The position numbers were made by a program, and so were the translations under genes. Shown here piece after piece: positions 19,789 through 28,872 of a stretch of 39,802 bases of DNA (positions are counted from its first letter, which is position 1; the number at the start of each line of letters is the position of its first letter). Origin of the DNA: an uncultured Candidatus Saccharibacteria bacterium. Lineage in GTDB: Bacteria > Patescibacteriota > Saccharimonadia > Saccharimonadales > CAZJQT01. The DNA lies in assembly GCA_964636215.1 (NCBI GenBank), contig CAZWRJ010000006.1, positions 1 to 39,802 of the forward strand. Direction: 5' to 3'. The notes beneath the pieces were generated by a model that saw only the letters and a list, made by a program, of their open reading frames with translations, ran no database searches and was not told where the DNA came from.

Positions 19789-19817
19789 ATTGTAACAAAA
19801 ATAGGTCTCGTGATCAA
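19789..19817 (-). promoter_or_regulatory. Sigma70-type promoter of the LysM/CHAP gene
   Basis: TTGATC, 17 nt spacer, TACAAT with extended TG on the minus strand. Confidence 0.7.
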
Positions 19818-19854
19818 TGTTTGAAGACACCTAATTAATCAAAATTAATATCTG

Positions 19855-20904
19855 TTAAGAGCACAGTTTTTTACAATGTGTTTCGACAGCTTTTTGGTGT
19901 TCTTCCAAGGTACGCGAAAAATAGGTTTTGCCGTCATCACCAGCCACAAAGTAAAGATAGTCGGTATGTGCCGGGTGGGCTACAGCCGCCAAGGAGCTAT
20001 CGGTGACATTGCTGATTGGCCCAGGGGGGAGTCCTAAGTGCAAATGAGTATTATATGCCGAGTCGTAAGTTAGCGAGGGAGCTTTGCCAGCCTTTAGAGC
20101 TCCGTAAATTACAGTTACATCCGACTCCAGCGGAATACCCTCTTTAAGACGTTTTAGAAAAACTTGAGCCACAACCGGTTTGTCTGCAGGATCACTGATT
20201 TCCTGTTCAATAATCGAAGCTAAAATAACCCCTTGATGAACGGTTAGGTGTTGTTTAACAAAGGCTTCTCTAATAGCAGGCGTCAGATGCTTTTGCATTT
20301 CATCAAGTGAAGCCTTAATAATCTCCTGTGGCTTGGTATTAGCAGTTTTCTGATAAGAGTCAGGGTAAAGATAACCTTCTAGGCTAGCGTTAGTCGGCTT
20401 ATCGGCTAGTGCTGGATGATTAGCATATAAGCGCGGATTTAAAGCAGCATCAACGTCGGCTGCCGAGAAGCCATTATTAATTAAAGCGCTTCTGACTTGA
20501 TCAATTCTTTGTCCTGGTAGAATAGTTACCAGATCTGTAGCAACCTTGCCTTGGGTCAATACGACAACTATATCCTGTACACTCTGATTTGGTCTTAGGC
20601 TATAGGTTCCGGCTTGTAGCTGGTCTCTGACATCATTGTTTCTAACATACCATTCAAAGGCCCAAGCAGCCCTAATAACCCCCTGGTTTTGTAAATTGGT
20701 GGCTATTTCGTGCACGGTCGAACCCAGCGGGATATCTACCAATACTGCTCGTTGTGAAGCACTAACTGGTTGAAGGTTATGATTATATGTCTGCCTAAGA
20801 ACGACAACCGTACCGATAATTAATAATGCTACCCCACCGATGATAATTAATTGTAGCCTAGATAACTTACCTGATTTTTTATTGGACTTATAAGTTTTCA
20901 TCAT
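19855..20904 (-). CDS. mltG: Endolytic transglycosylase MltG (YceG)
   Basis: N-terminal TM, LEGYLYPDSY, LASIIEQE, VFLKRL, YNTHLHLGLPPGPISN, YLYFVA. Confidence 0.95.
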   Translation of the reverse strand: MMKTYKSNKKSGKLSRLQLIIIGGVALLIIGTVVVLRQTYNHNLQPVSASQRAVLVDIPLGSTVHEIATNLQNQGVIRAAWAFEWYVRNNDVRDQLQAGTYSLRPNQSVQDIVVVLTQGKVATDLVTILPGQRIDQVRSALINNGFSAADVDAALNPRLYANHPALADKPTNASLEGYLYPDSYQKTANTKPQEIIKASLDEMQKHLTPAIREAFVKQHLTVHQGVILASIIEQEISDPADKPVVAQVFLKRLKEGIPLESDVTVIYGALKAGKAPSLTYDSAYNTHLHLGLPPGPISNVTDSSLAAVAHPAHTDYLYFVAGDDGKTYFSRTLEEHQKAVETHCKKLCS

Positions 20905-21314
20905 TGCTTCGCCGCCAGGGTTAGGTAGTCGTCAAGGATTAAACAAGCGGCAGCACTATCGATGTCTTCTTTGGTGTAGGTTCCCTTGCTTTTTAGTGAT
21001 TGCTCGGCAGAGTGGGATGTAAGAGCTTCGTCCTGGTGAATGGTCGGAATGTTTAACTGCCTAATTAACTCGGCTTCGAAATTTAGGGTGAGTTCAGTTT
21101 GAGCCGTAGGTTGGCCTGACAGGTTTCTAGGGATTCCGATCACAATCAAACCTATATCATTCTCATCAACTAACGATTTAAGTTTTTGCCAAAAATTTTG
21201 ATCACGTATCAAAGTTAAAAGTGGTCTTGGTAGCCGAGCCTGGTCGCTAGCAATCGCTATACCTACCCGCTTATCACCAACGTCCAAACCTAAGAAGTTA
21301 CGGCGTGATGTCAT
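20901..21314 (-). CDS. ruvX: YqgF/RuvX pre-16S rRNA nuclease
   Basis: LGLDVGDKRVGIA, VIGIP, DEALTS, IDSAAACLILDDYL. Confidence 0.93.
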   Translation of the reverse strand: MTSRRNFLGLDVGDKRVGIAIASDQARLPRPLLTLIRDQNFWQKLKSLVDENDIGLIVIGIPRNLSGQPTAQTELTLNFEAELIRQLNIPTIHQDEALTSHSAEQSLKSKGTYTKEDIDSAAACLILDDYLTLAAKQ

Positions 21315-22968
21315 TGTTCTCCTCGAACTTGATAGTAATGTGGCTTAGCTTTTTAGGTGTTGAAAAGACCCAGAATGGTGAATAATGAACGGTCACTGCT
21401 TTAATCCCAGGTCGAGCTAAGATTAGATCTTGGGTATCGCCTTTTTTCTTTCCTGCGACCATTTGCTTTATGGTGTCCTCGTTTAGATCCGGACCAGTTA
21501 GAGCTGTAGACTGAATATTTACCGTCACTTTGTCAGAGCTGATTTTTTTAGTCACCTTGATGACCGCTTGGTCTAGTCCTGTGTCCTGAACAACTTGTTT
21601 AGTGGTATCAATGTGCTTACTAACTTGGTCTTCGACAAGCTTTTTCAGATCTTCTTGCTTGACGCCCAGCTGTGAGTAAGTAGTACTAACGTTAACGGTT
21701 ACGCTATCGGCTGCTTCGTTGACTTTGGGGCTAGAGGTGACTTTAGGTGTAGTATTGGTCAGCGTATCAGCGATCGCAACTTCCCCTGCATCGGAAAATT
21801 GTTGTTTTAGATCGTCGGTGGCTTCTGGTTTAAGTTTATCAAGGGCGGATTGCTTGGCATTGTCCAGATCAGTTTGTGAGACTACTTTAATTAGTTTATC
21901 GGTCCCGCCGGACATAGAGCTTCCGCTGGCAGTGACATTAGAGGGTCCACCTTGAATAGTGTATGAACTTGCATCAAGATTGTAACTTTCGCCTCCCGAT
22001 TGAGCTGTTACGGCAACATTTCGAAAGCCGTTTTTATCACATACGAATCCGCCCAGAGTAAAACTATAGCTACTTTTCGGCACTGAAACTGCTTCGTCGC
22101 TCAAGAATTTTTTGCTTCCAGAACTAAACACTGTGCCGGCCGGTAAATCAACAACCTGTGAGCTACAATTAAAAATAGTCATAGTGCCAGTAGCTTTATT
22201 ACCATCGTTTTTTGTGCCGGTGGCTGCTACCTTTTGACTAGTCGATTGATCGGAAGTCTTCTTACTAGCTGGCAAAATTAAATGCGCGGTATCGACAGTC
22301 TTTTGTGCGGTATCGGCGGTGATACTTAAATCAACGGCAGACTTGGTGCTGTCAGTCGTAATGGTTATTTTTGCTCTTGGTAACACAACGCTTCCAAACA
22401 CAAAGACAATTAAAAAGACAACCAAAACACCGGCAGCTGCAAACAGTTTCATTCTAAATTTATTGAAATCCGGAATTTTAAACTTGCCACCAATATCTTT
22501 AGTCTTAGGTGTTTGTTCTTTCTTGGTTTCGTTATCTACGTCTATGGTTTCCTCAGCGGCTAAGGCAGCCGCTCCGGCCAACACACCGATTGGTGTTTTT
22601 GGATCAATCGAGGAGTCTTCATCAGATGAATCCGAAGTATCGCTATCAATAGTTATATCAGCTTCTGCTGGTTTTGGTGGCTCAGGAATAACCGGCTTAC
22701 TTTGAAGTGTTTTAGCAACGTGTAGGCCAACAGCTCCGGCCATAGGTAGCAAAGTGGCATCTGAAGTGATTAGTACAATATTTTTCTTGGCATTGCCGGC
22801 ACTACGCTTGAGCAGTTTGAGGTTTACTACCGATTGCAGGGCAGCACTACGTTTAGGTAGCACCAGTGCGACAATTTTGGCTTCTGAATGCTGCAACTTG
22901 TCAATGATGGCAGTAATCTCATCTTCAACGTCAATATAAATAGTATCTTTAGTAACTTCTTTGGTCAT
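21298..22968 (-). CDS. Bitopic membrane protein with cytoplasmic alpha/beta N-domain and extracytoplasmic baseplate J/gp47-like region
   Basis: TM at about aa 175-196; ATGTMTIFN...LPAGTVF...VAVTAQSGGESYN...SGGTD resembles the Baseplate_J pattern (recognised by eye). Confidence 0.65.
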   Translation of the reverse strand: MTKEVTKDTIYIDVEDEITAIIDKLQHSEAKIVALVLPKRSAALQSVVNLKLLKRSAGNAKKNIVLITSDATLLPMAGAVGLHVAKTLQSKPVIPEPPKPAEADITIDSDTSDSSDEDSSIDPKTPIGVLAGAAALAAEETIDVDNETKKEQTPKTKDIGGKFKIPDFNKFRMKLFAAAGVLVVFLIVFVFGSVVLPRAKITITTDSTKSAVDLSITADTAQKTVDTAHLILPASKKTSDQSTSQKVAATGTKNDGNKATGTMTIFNCSSQVVDLPAGTVFSSGSKKFLSDEAVSVPKSSYSFTLGGFVCDKNGFRNVAVTAQSGGESYNLDASSYTIQGGPSNVTASGSSMSGGTDKLIKVVSQTDLDNAKQSALDKLKPEATDDLKQQFSDAGEVAIADTLTNTTPKVTSSPKVNEAADSVTVNVSTTYSQLGVKQEDLKKLVEDQVSKHIDTTKQVVQDTGLDQAVIKVTKKISSDKVTVNIQSTALTGPDLNEDTIKQMVAGKKKGDTQDLILARPGIKAVTVHYSPFWVFSTPKKLSHITIKFEENNDITP

Positions 22969-24260
22969 ATTTGTAACATCCTGTCGATTCGTTGACGAAT
23001 AGAACCCTCGGTCTTACTAGCATCTTGCATTTGCAGGGTATCTAGTCCAACACGCAGTAGCCCCATGGCTGTAATGAGCGTGTGATCATTTACTTTACCA
23101 GTTTTATCGGTCATACCTACGACTTTTTCCGGTTGAATATGCTTGATTACTGGCCGTTTAGTGAAAGGTAGTCCGTCGTACCATTTGGACTCTGCCAGTT
23201 TCTCCATTAGCATATCAAGACTAGAACCGCCTCCACAGAGGAAAATTTGGTTAGGCAAGTGATCAATCATGGTAAATTCGCCCAAGGCCAATTCTACTCC
23301 ACTAATCCAAACTTCAAGTGTTTTTGTCAGCGGCTGTTTGACGATCGGTTGCTTACTAGCCGGTAAACGGTTGTCACCTAAGGCTAGTTTTAACTCCTCG
23401 GCACGGCCAAAACTAATACTCATGTCCCGAGCAATTGAGTTAGTGTAAGCTCGACCGCCAATGCCGAACATTTTCGTTCCTTGCACACCACCTTCGTTGA
23501 TTACGGCAATATCAGTTGTGCCACCGCCAACATCCATTAATATGGCACTCATGTTAGCATTTGGGTCATTTCCAATGACTGCACGAGCTACAGCAAATGG
23601 TTCAGCGGCCACGGCCAGCAGATCAAGGTCAAGCTCTTGGGCGGTGCGTTCTAGTGCTCCAATGTGAATTAACGGTGCGAAGGCTGTATATAGTTGAACC
23701 ATGACTTCCTTGCCCTGGAAACCGACAGGGCTGGTAACTTGGTAACCATCAATTTCAATTCTTACCAGAGCGCTGTTAACTAACCGTATGTCGACATCCT
23801 TGCCTCCAAGCTCCCAGGCTAGTTGCTGCTTAGCTCGAGTTTGGGCTCGTTCTTGAACTAGTCCAATGATGTGTTCTATCTCTTCAATATCAAGTTGTTT
23901 GTTGGGATCTTTGCGGCGACATTTAACGGTTGTCGTGGTTCCTTTTACTAATTCACCGGCAATCCCTATAACGGCTGTTCTGACACTAACCCCCGCCTCC
24001 TCCTCGGCTTGGTTAAGAGCAGCATCACAATTACGAACCACAGCTGCAATGTCGGCAATGGCTCCAGCCTGCATGTCAGTCAGATCCTGGTGCTGACGTC
24101 CAACACCAATAATTTCCAGTGTGTCATTATCAATCTTGGCAACTAACGCTTTGACGAATTCAGTACCAATGTCCAATCCGACCAGATACTCAGTACCCTT
24201 AGAGCTCTGATTTCGTTTGGACAATGCGGCGGCCTTTAACTCTTTGAGTTTAGAGAGCAT
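22965..24260 (-). CDS. FtsA-like actin-fold ATPase (no adjacent ftsZ)
   Basis: VGLDIGTEFVKA, AEPFAVA, LMDVGGGTTDIAV, GGRAYT, AEELK, LCGGGS; 1C-like subdomain insert; amphipathic C-terminal tail. Confidence 0.82.
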   Translation of the reverse strand: MLSKLKELKAAALSKRNQSSKGTEYLVGLDIGTEFVKALVAKIDNDTLEIIGVGRQHQDLTDMQAGAIADIAAVVRNCDAALNQAEEEAGVSVRTAVIGIAGELVKGTTTTVKCRRKDPNKQLDIEEIEHIIGLVQERAQTRAKQQLAWELGGKDVDIRLVNSALVRIEIDGYQVTSPVGFQGKEVMVQLYTAFAPLIHIGALERTAQELDLDLLAVAAEPFAVARAVIGNDPNANMSAILMDVGGGTTDIAVINEGGVQGTKMFGIGGRAYTNSIARDMSISFGRAEELKLALGDNRLPASKQPIVKQPLTKTLEVWISGVELALGEFTMIDHLPNQIFLCGGGSSLDMLMEKLAESKWYDGLPFTKRPVIKHIQPEKVVGMTDKTGKVNDHTLITAMGLLRVGLDTLQMQDASKTEGSIRQRIDRMLQI

Positions 24261-24311
24261 AGTTCTTGTGATTATAGCATAAAACAGGGGTAATAATTGA
24301 TGTGACGACTA

Positions 24312-26195
24312 TCAAATAAGGACTGCTTTAATCCTTCGGATGCCAGCCGATGATGCTTCTTCTTTGACAATTTTGAACTTTTTACCGTCTTCGGCTAAAA
24401 CACTGGTGTGCTCAACATGAGGTCCACCACAAATCTCAAAACTATACGGTTTATCGGCTCCGTCAGCTATCATTTTGTATACCTTAACAGTGTCGCCATA
24501 GCGATCACCAAACTGACCAAGGGCTCCAAGTTTGCCCCTGGCCTCTTCGGTAGGATATTCCGCCCAAGAAATTTTTAGATCTCTGTTAATTTGATCGTTG
24601 ACGATATCCTCTACTTGCTTGATCTGTTCTGGAGTAACTTTTTCGGGGTGCGAGAAGTCAAAGCGCAGTCGTTCTTCGGTGATATTACTACCGTTTTGGA
24701 CTACATGGTCACCTAACACATCTCTGAGTGCTTGGTACATCAAATGAGTAGCAGTGTGATATTTTTTGTGTTGCAAAGTCTGACCGCCAAGCCCACCTTT
24801 AAATGTGCCCTTACTGGCTGTCTGGCTTCTTTCACGTTGCTCGGTCATCCTGGAATCGAATTGTTTTTGCCAAGCACTATCAACTTCTATATTTTGCTTA
24901 AAGGCTTCTTCGAGGCTCAGTTCGACCGGAAAACCATAAGTGTCATAGAGTTTGAAAACTTCATCGCCTGTAAGACCTTTGCTACTAAGTTTGGTAAGCT
25001 CATGGATTCCTTTTCTTAAAGTCTGGCGAAAGATTTTTTCCTCTTTCATGAGTGTATCGATAACTTGTTGGCGTTTATCGGCGACCTCCGGAAAATCGTC
25101 GTGATACATATCAGCAATCACTGGCACTACTTCTTTCATGAAATTCTGTTCGATACCAAGCTCAAAGGCGAACCGAATTGCCCGGCGCATAAACCGACGC
25201 ATTACATAACCTTGTTCTTTGTTGCTCGGTGTTACACCATCTACAGCCATAAAGGTAGCAGCTCGTAAATGATCGGCAATTACTCTCATGCTCTCGGTAT
25301 GATTGTCGTAGTTTTTGCCAGATATATTTTGCAATTTTTCAATAATTGGCCAAAGTAGGCTGATTTTGAACATGTCTGGACTGTTAAGAGCGGCTTGGGC
25401 GATGCGTTCTAGGCCTGCTCCAAAATCAACATTTTGTTTTGGCAGTTTTTCAAAACCTTTTTCTGTACGCAAATACTCCATAAACACCGAGTTACCAACT
25501 TCGATGTAGCGACCGCAGTCACAGTTTGGATGACAATATTTTCCCCACCTTTCGTCGTGTTGGACTGATTCAAGCAAGAAGAATACTTCGCTATCCGGGC
25601 CACACGGTTCACCGACTTTAACTTCTTTGGGTGCACCATTGCGACTCCACCAGTTTTTTTCATCATAAAAGAAAATTCGGCCAGCTTGTTCGCCAACCTT
25701 GTATCCGTTAGCTTCAGAGCCTATTTCGACTTCTTTGACGTCTATACCCTTGGCTTCAAAAAGTCCCTTCCATATTGAGGCAGACTCAGTATCCTTGGGC
25801 ACATTAAATTCTGGGAAGCCACTACAACAGGACACGTAAAGCTGCTTTGGGTCTAAGCCAACAACGCTTGTAAGGAACTCAAAGAACCACGGCAATTGCT
25901 CTTTTTTAAAGTAATCACCAAGGCTCCAGTTACCGAGCATTTCAAAAAAGGTGGTGTGCCTGTTATCACCCACTTCGTCTATATCTTGGGCACGCAAACA
26001 AGTCTGACTATTCACCAATCGCTTACCATCCTGATGAGGCTCACCTAGCAAATAGGGAATAAGCGGTTGCATACCACTACCTGTAAATAAGGTCGTAGGA
26101 TCGTTGTATGGTACCAGTAGTGCTCTGGGAATTGCTTTATGCTGTTGTTTCTCGAAAAAGTCCAGATAAGCCTGGCGAATTTCTTGTGCGGTCAT
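24312..26195 (-). CDS. alaS: Alanine--tRNA ligase, short form lacking C-Ala
   Basis: DPTTLFTGSGMQ, HTTFFEMLGNWS, GAGLER, IADHLR, LYDTYGFP; editing motifs HTATH and CGGPH; ends at GIRRIKAVLI. Confidence 0.95.
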   Translation of the reverse strand: MTAQEIRQAYLDFFEKQQHKAIPRALLVPYNDPTTLFTGSGMQPLIPYLLGEPHQDGKRLVNSQTCLRAQDIDEVGDNRHTTFFEMLGNWSLGDYFKKEQLPWFFEFLTSVVGLDPKQLYVSCCSGFPEFNVPKDTESASIWKGLFEAKGIDVKEVEIGSEANGYKVGEQAGRIFFYDEKNWWSRNGAPKEVKVGEPCGPDSEVFFLLESVQHDERWGKYCHPNCDCGRYIEVGNSVFMEYLRTEKGFEKLPKQNVDFGAGLERIAQAALNSPDMFKISLLWPIIEKLQNISGKNYDNHTESMRVIADHLRAATFMAVDGVTPSNKEQGYVMRRFMRRAIRFAFELGIEQNFMKEVVPVIADMYHDDFPEVADKRQQVIDTLMKEEKIFRQTLRKGIHELTKLSSKGLTGDEVFKLYDTYGFPVELSLEEAFKQNIEVDSAWQKQFDSRMTEQRERSQTASKGTFKGGLGGQTLQHKKYHTATHLMYQALRDVLGDHVVQNGSNITEERLRFDFSHPEKVTPEQIKQVEDIVNDQINRDLKISWAEYPTEEARGKLGALGQFGDRYGDTVKVYKMIADGADKPYSFEICGGPHVEHTSVLAEDGKKFKIVKEEASSAGIRRIKAVLI

Positions 26196-26210
26196 ATGCA
26201 GCTTATTCTA

Positions 26211-27251
26211 TCAGATGACAACACCACCACCGAGTACACGACCATGATCATAAATGACAGTTGACTGGCCAGGAGTGATAGCCCGTACTGGTTCGGCTAA
26301 TACTATCTGGAGCTTACCAGATACTATCCTAAGAGAACCGCCTACTAGGGGTGCACGGTAACGAGTCCGAACCTGATAGCTCTTCGACAGATCGGGAGAG
26401 CTATTGATCCAATGTACTGAAGTTAGGTCTATGCTGTCTTGCCACAGCCGTTGGTCATCTAACTTGGTAGTTACATAAACAGTGTTCTTTTTCATATCTT
26501 TACCTACGACGTAGTATGGCAAGCCACCTCCCACGTCCAGCCCATGACGTTGTCCGATGGTGTAGAAAATAGCGCTGGGGTGCTCACCAATAACTTTGTC
26601 GTTCTGATCAATAATCGGTCCTGGTTTAGTTGTTACGTATTGCTGTAGAAATTCCTTGATGCCCACTTGTCCGACAAAACAAATACCCTGAGAGTCTTTT
26701 TTGTCGGCTGTCGACAAGCCAAATTTTTTGGCCATTGATCTAACTTCTGCTTTGGTCTTGAATTCACCAATTGGGAATAGGGTTTTTTGAAGCGCTTTTT
26801 CACTAACGCGATACAAAAAATAAGTTTGATCTTTATCTTTATTAATTGCTGTTAAGAGTTGTCCGTTTTTCGTTCTGGCATAATGGCCAGTGGCAATCAG
26901 TTCGGCACCATTTTCTAAAGCTGTGTTTAGAAATAGTTTGAACTTAATTTCCTGGTTGCACATTATGTCTGGGTTTGGCGTCCGACCAGCTTTATACTCG
27001 TCTAACATGTAATCCACTACTTTCTGTCTGTACTGTTTCTGGAAATCAAAGACCTTGAACTCAATACCCAACTTAGTGGCTACTCTTTTAGCATCTTGGT
27101 AGTCCTCCTGCCAAGTGCACGGTGTGCCAGGAAAATCCTGTGTCCAGTTTTTCATATAGACCCCGACAACTTTAAAACCGCGGTCTTGTAACAAAGCCGC
27201 TGTAAGTGAACTATCAACGCCACCACTCATGCCAACGTAAACTATTTTCAT
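26211..27251 (-). CDS. mnmA: tRNA-specific 2-thiouridylase MnmA
   Basis: SGGVDS, TPNPDIMCN, ATGHYA, KDQTYFL, DSQGICF, TIGQR, TPGQ. Confidence 0.97.
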   Translation of the reverse strand: MKIVYVGMSGGVDSSLTAALLQDRGFKVVGVYMKNWTQDFPGTPCTWQEDYQDAKRVATKLGIEFKVFDFQKQYRQKVVDYMLDEYKAGRTPNPDIMCNQEIKFKLFLNTALENGAELIATGHYARTKNGQLLTAINKDKDQTYFLYRVSEKALQKTLFPIGEFKTKAEVRSMAKKFGLSTADKKDSQGICFVGQVGIKEFLQQYVTTKPGPIIDQNDKVIGEHPSAIFYTIGQRHGLDVGGGLPYYVVGKDMKKNTVYVTTKLDDQRLWQDSIDLTSVHWINSSPDLSKSYQVRTRYRAPLVGGSLRIVSGKLQIVLAEPVRAITPGQSTVIYDHGRVLGGGVVI

Positions 27252-27301
27252 AACTGACCCATTTTAGAGGTATTTATCCCAAAAGAGAAGAACAGATGCG
27301 T

Positions 27302-27565
27302 TCAAACGTCCAAAAAGACAATTACTTCGTCGGCCTTGACGTGCATAATACCGCGGGCAATAGGAATTTTTTCTTCTTGGTTATCATGCCTAACTATGAC
27401 ATCACAGGGATTGAGTAAGGTCATGAAGTTATGATGATGTGGCAGGATGTCAAAAGCACCTTTTCCGTTAACGGCCGAAATGCTATCGGCCTGGCCATCG
27501 AAATAAACTCTAAATGGGGCATGGATCTTAACATGAATACTTGGTGTAATTTTGGTAGCCATCAT
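27302..27565 (-). CDS. atpC: F1 epsilon-like subunit, N-terminal beta-sandwich only
   Basis: VKIHAPFRVYFDG...GAFDILPHH...IARGIMHV pattern; 87 aa; follows beta with a 1 nt overlap. Confidence 0.8.
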   Translation of the reverse strand: MMATKITPSIHVKIHAPFRVYFDGQADSISAVNGKGAFDILPHHHNFMTLLNPCDVIVRHDNQEEKIPIARGIMHVKADEVIVFLDV

Positions 27566-28872
27566 CAGGCGATTATCTCCTCAATACTTTGCAGGGTTTG
27601 TTCACGAGTGAAGTAATCGCCCGGAATGTCATTGTGCCTAGTCATGACATTTAGATTTTGGGTAAAGTTGGTAATCAAACGCTTGGCTTTAGCGTAATCA
27701 GCACGATCATTAACAGACAGTTCGTTTTCACCAATAATACTTATGATACTTTTGAGCGATTCATACTTTTGCAGCAAAGCTTGAACCTGAACACTTAATA
27801 CATAGTGACGATCTCCAACAATCTCGGGGGTTAGTAGCGAAGAAGTAGTCTTGTTTAGATCAACTGCTGGGCGAATACCCTGCTCAGCTACCTCTCTAGA
27901 TAAAACAATTATGGAATCTAGTTCGTGCTGAATAAACTGAACGGCCGGATCGGATAAGTCGTCAGCCGGCACATAGATAGTTTGGACTGATGTTATCGAA
28001 CCTTTATCGTTAGAACTCAAACGATCCTGCAAAATTTTGACGTCTGAGAAAATACCTGGCTCGTAACCACCTTCACTAGGAGTTTGGTTAAGAATGATAG
28101 CTACTTCGTTACGAGCTTGGACATAACGGTACATATTATCAGCGAAAAATAGAATATCTTTACCCACTTCGTCACGAAAGTATTCAGCACCAGCTGTGGC
28201 TGCTATACCAACCAAGGCCCTTTGTACTGGGTTCTCATTCATCTGGCCAAAAAACATGCAGGTATTCTTTAGCAGATCGTTCTCACGAAGCGTGTCCCAC
28301 AGTTCATGACCTTCCCGAATACGCTCACCAATACCGGCAAAAAACGACAAGCCAGCGTGGCTGCGAGCAACATTGTTTATAAGCTCCATGGTAGTTATGG
28401 TCTTGCCAACCCCTGCCCAACCAACGATGCCAATTTTGTGACCTTTAACAAAAGGGGTGAAGAAATCAATAACTTTAATGCCTGTTTCTAATATTTCGGG
28501 TTTAGTAATTTTAAAGTCTAGGTTGCGTTTAGTAACCTGAAGAATATCTCTATAAACCACATTTTCGCCCTTGATAGGTGGTTGGCCGTCCAGTGGTTCT
28601 CCGACAGCGTTCAGAATCCGACCAATCGTCACTTCACCAACTGGCACTTCAATACCTTTGCCGGTTCGATTAATAGCCATGCCGCGTTGCACGCGGCGAT
28701 CGGAATGTATGTTTAGACAAATAGCCACCGAATCAGATTCTAGTTTGTCAACCAGTAGTTTGGTGTTAAAACCGTTATCAACAATTACTACTTCGCCAAT
28801 ATTGGGGCTATCGTCCTCAAACTGGGCCCAAACGACCAAGTCCTTTATAGAGATGATTTCACCAGCACTCAT
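27565..28872 (-). CDS. atpD: F1 beta-like subunit (divergent)
   Basis: ETGIKVIDF, GWAGVGKT, GIGERIREG, FGQMNENP, AEYFRD, SITSVQTIYVPADDLSDPA. Confidence 0.9.
   Translation of the reverse strand: MSAGEIISIKDLVVWAQFEDDSPNIGEVVIVDNGFNTKLLVDKLESDSVAICLNIHSDRRVQRGMAINRTGKGIEVPVGEVTIGRILNAVGEPLDGQPPIKGENVVYRDILQVTKRNLDFKITKPEILETGIKVIDFFTPFVKGHKIGIVGWAGVGKTITTMELINNVARSHAGLSFFAGIGERIREGHELWDTLRENDLLKNTCMFFGQMNENPVQRALVGIAATAGAEYFRDEVGKDILFFADNMYRYVQARNEVAIILNQTPSEGGYEPGIFSDVKILQDRLSSNDKGSITSVQTIYVPADDLSDPAVQFIQHELDSIIVLSREVAEQGIRPAVDLNKTTSSLLTPEIVGDRHYVLSVQVQALLQKYESLKSIISIIGENELSVNDRADYAKAKRLITNFTQNLNVMTRHNDIPGDYFTREQTLQSIEEIIA

Noticed and set aside
21298-22968. Baseplate-J-like gene as part of a prophage, tailocin or T6SS
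   Set aside because: No sheath, tube, spike or other wedge genes are present, and the protein has a TM anchor within a housekeeping operon.
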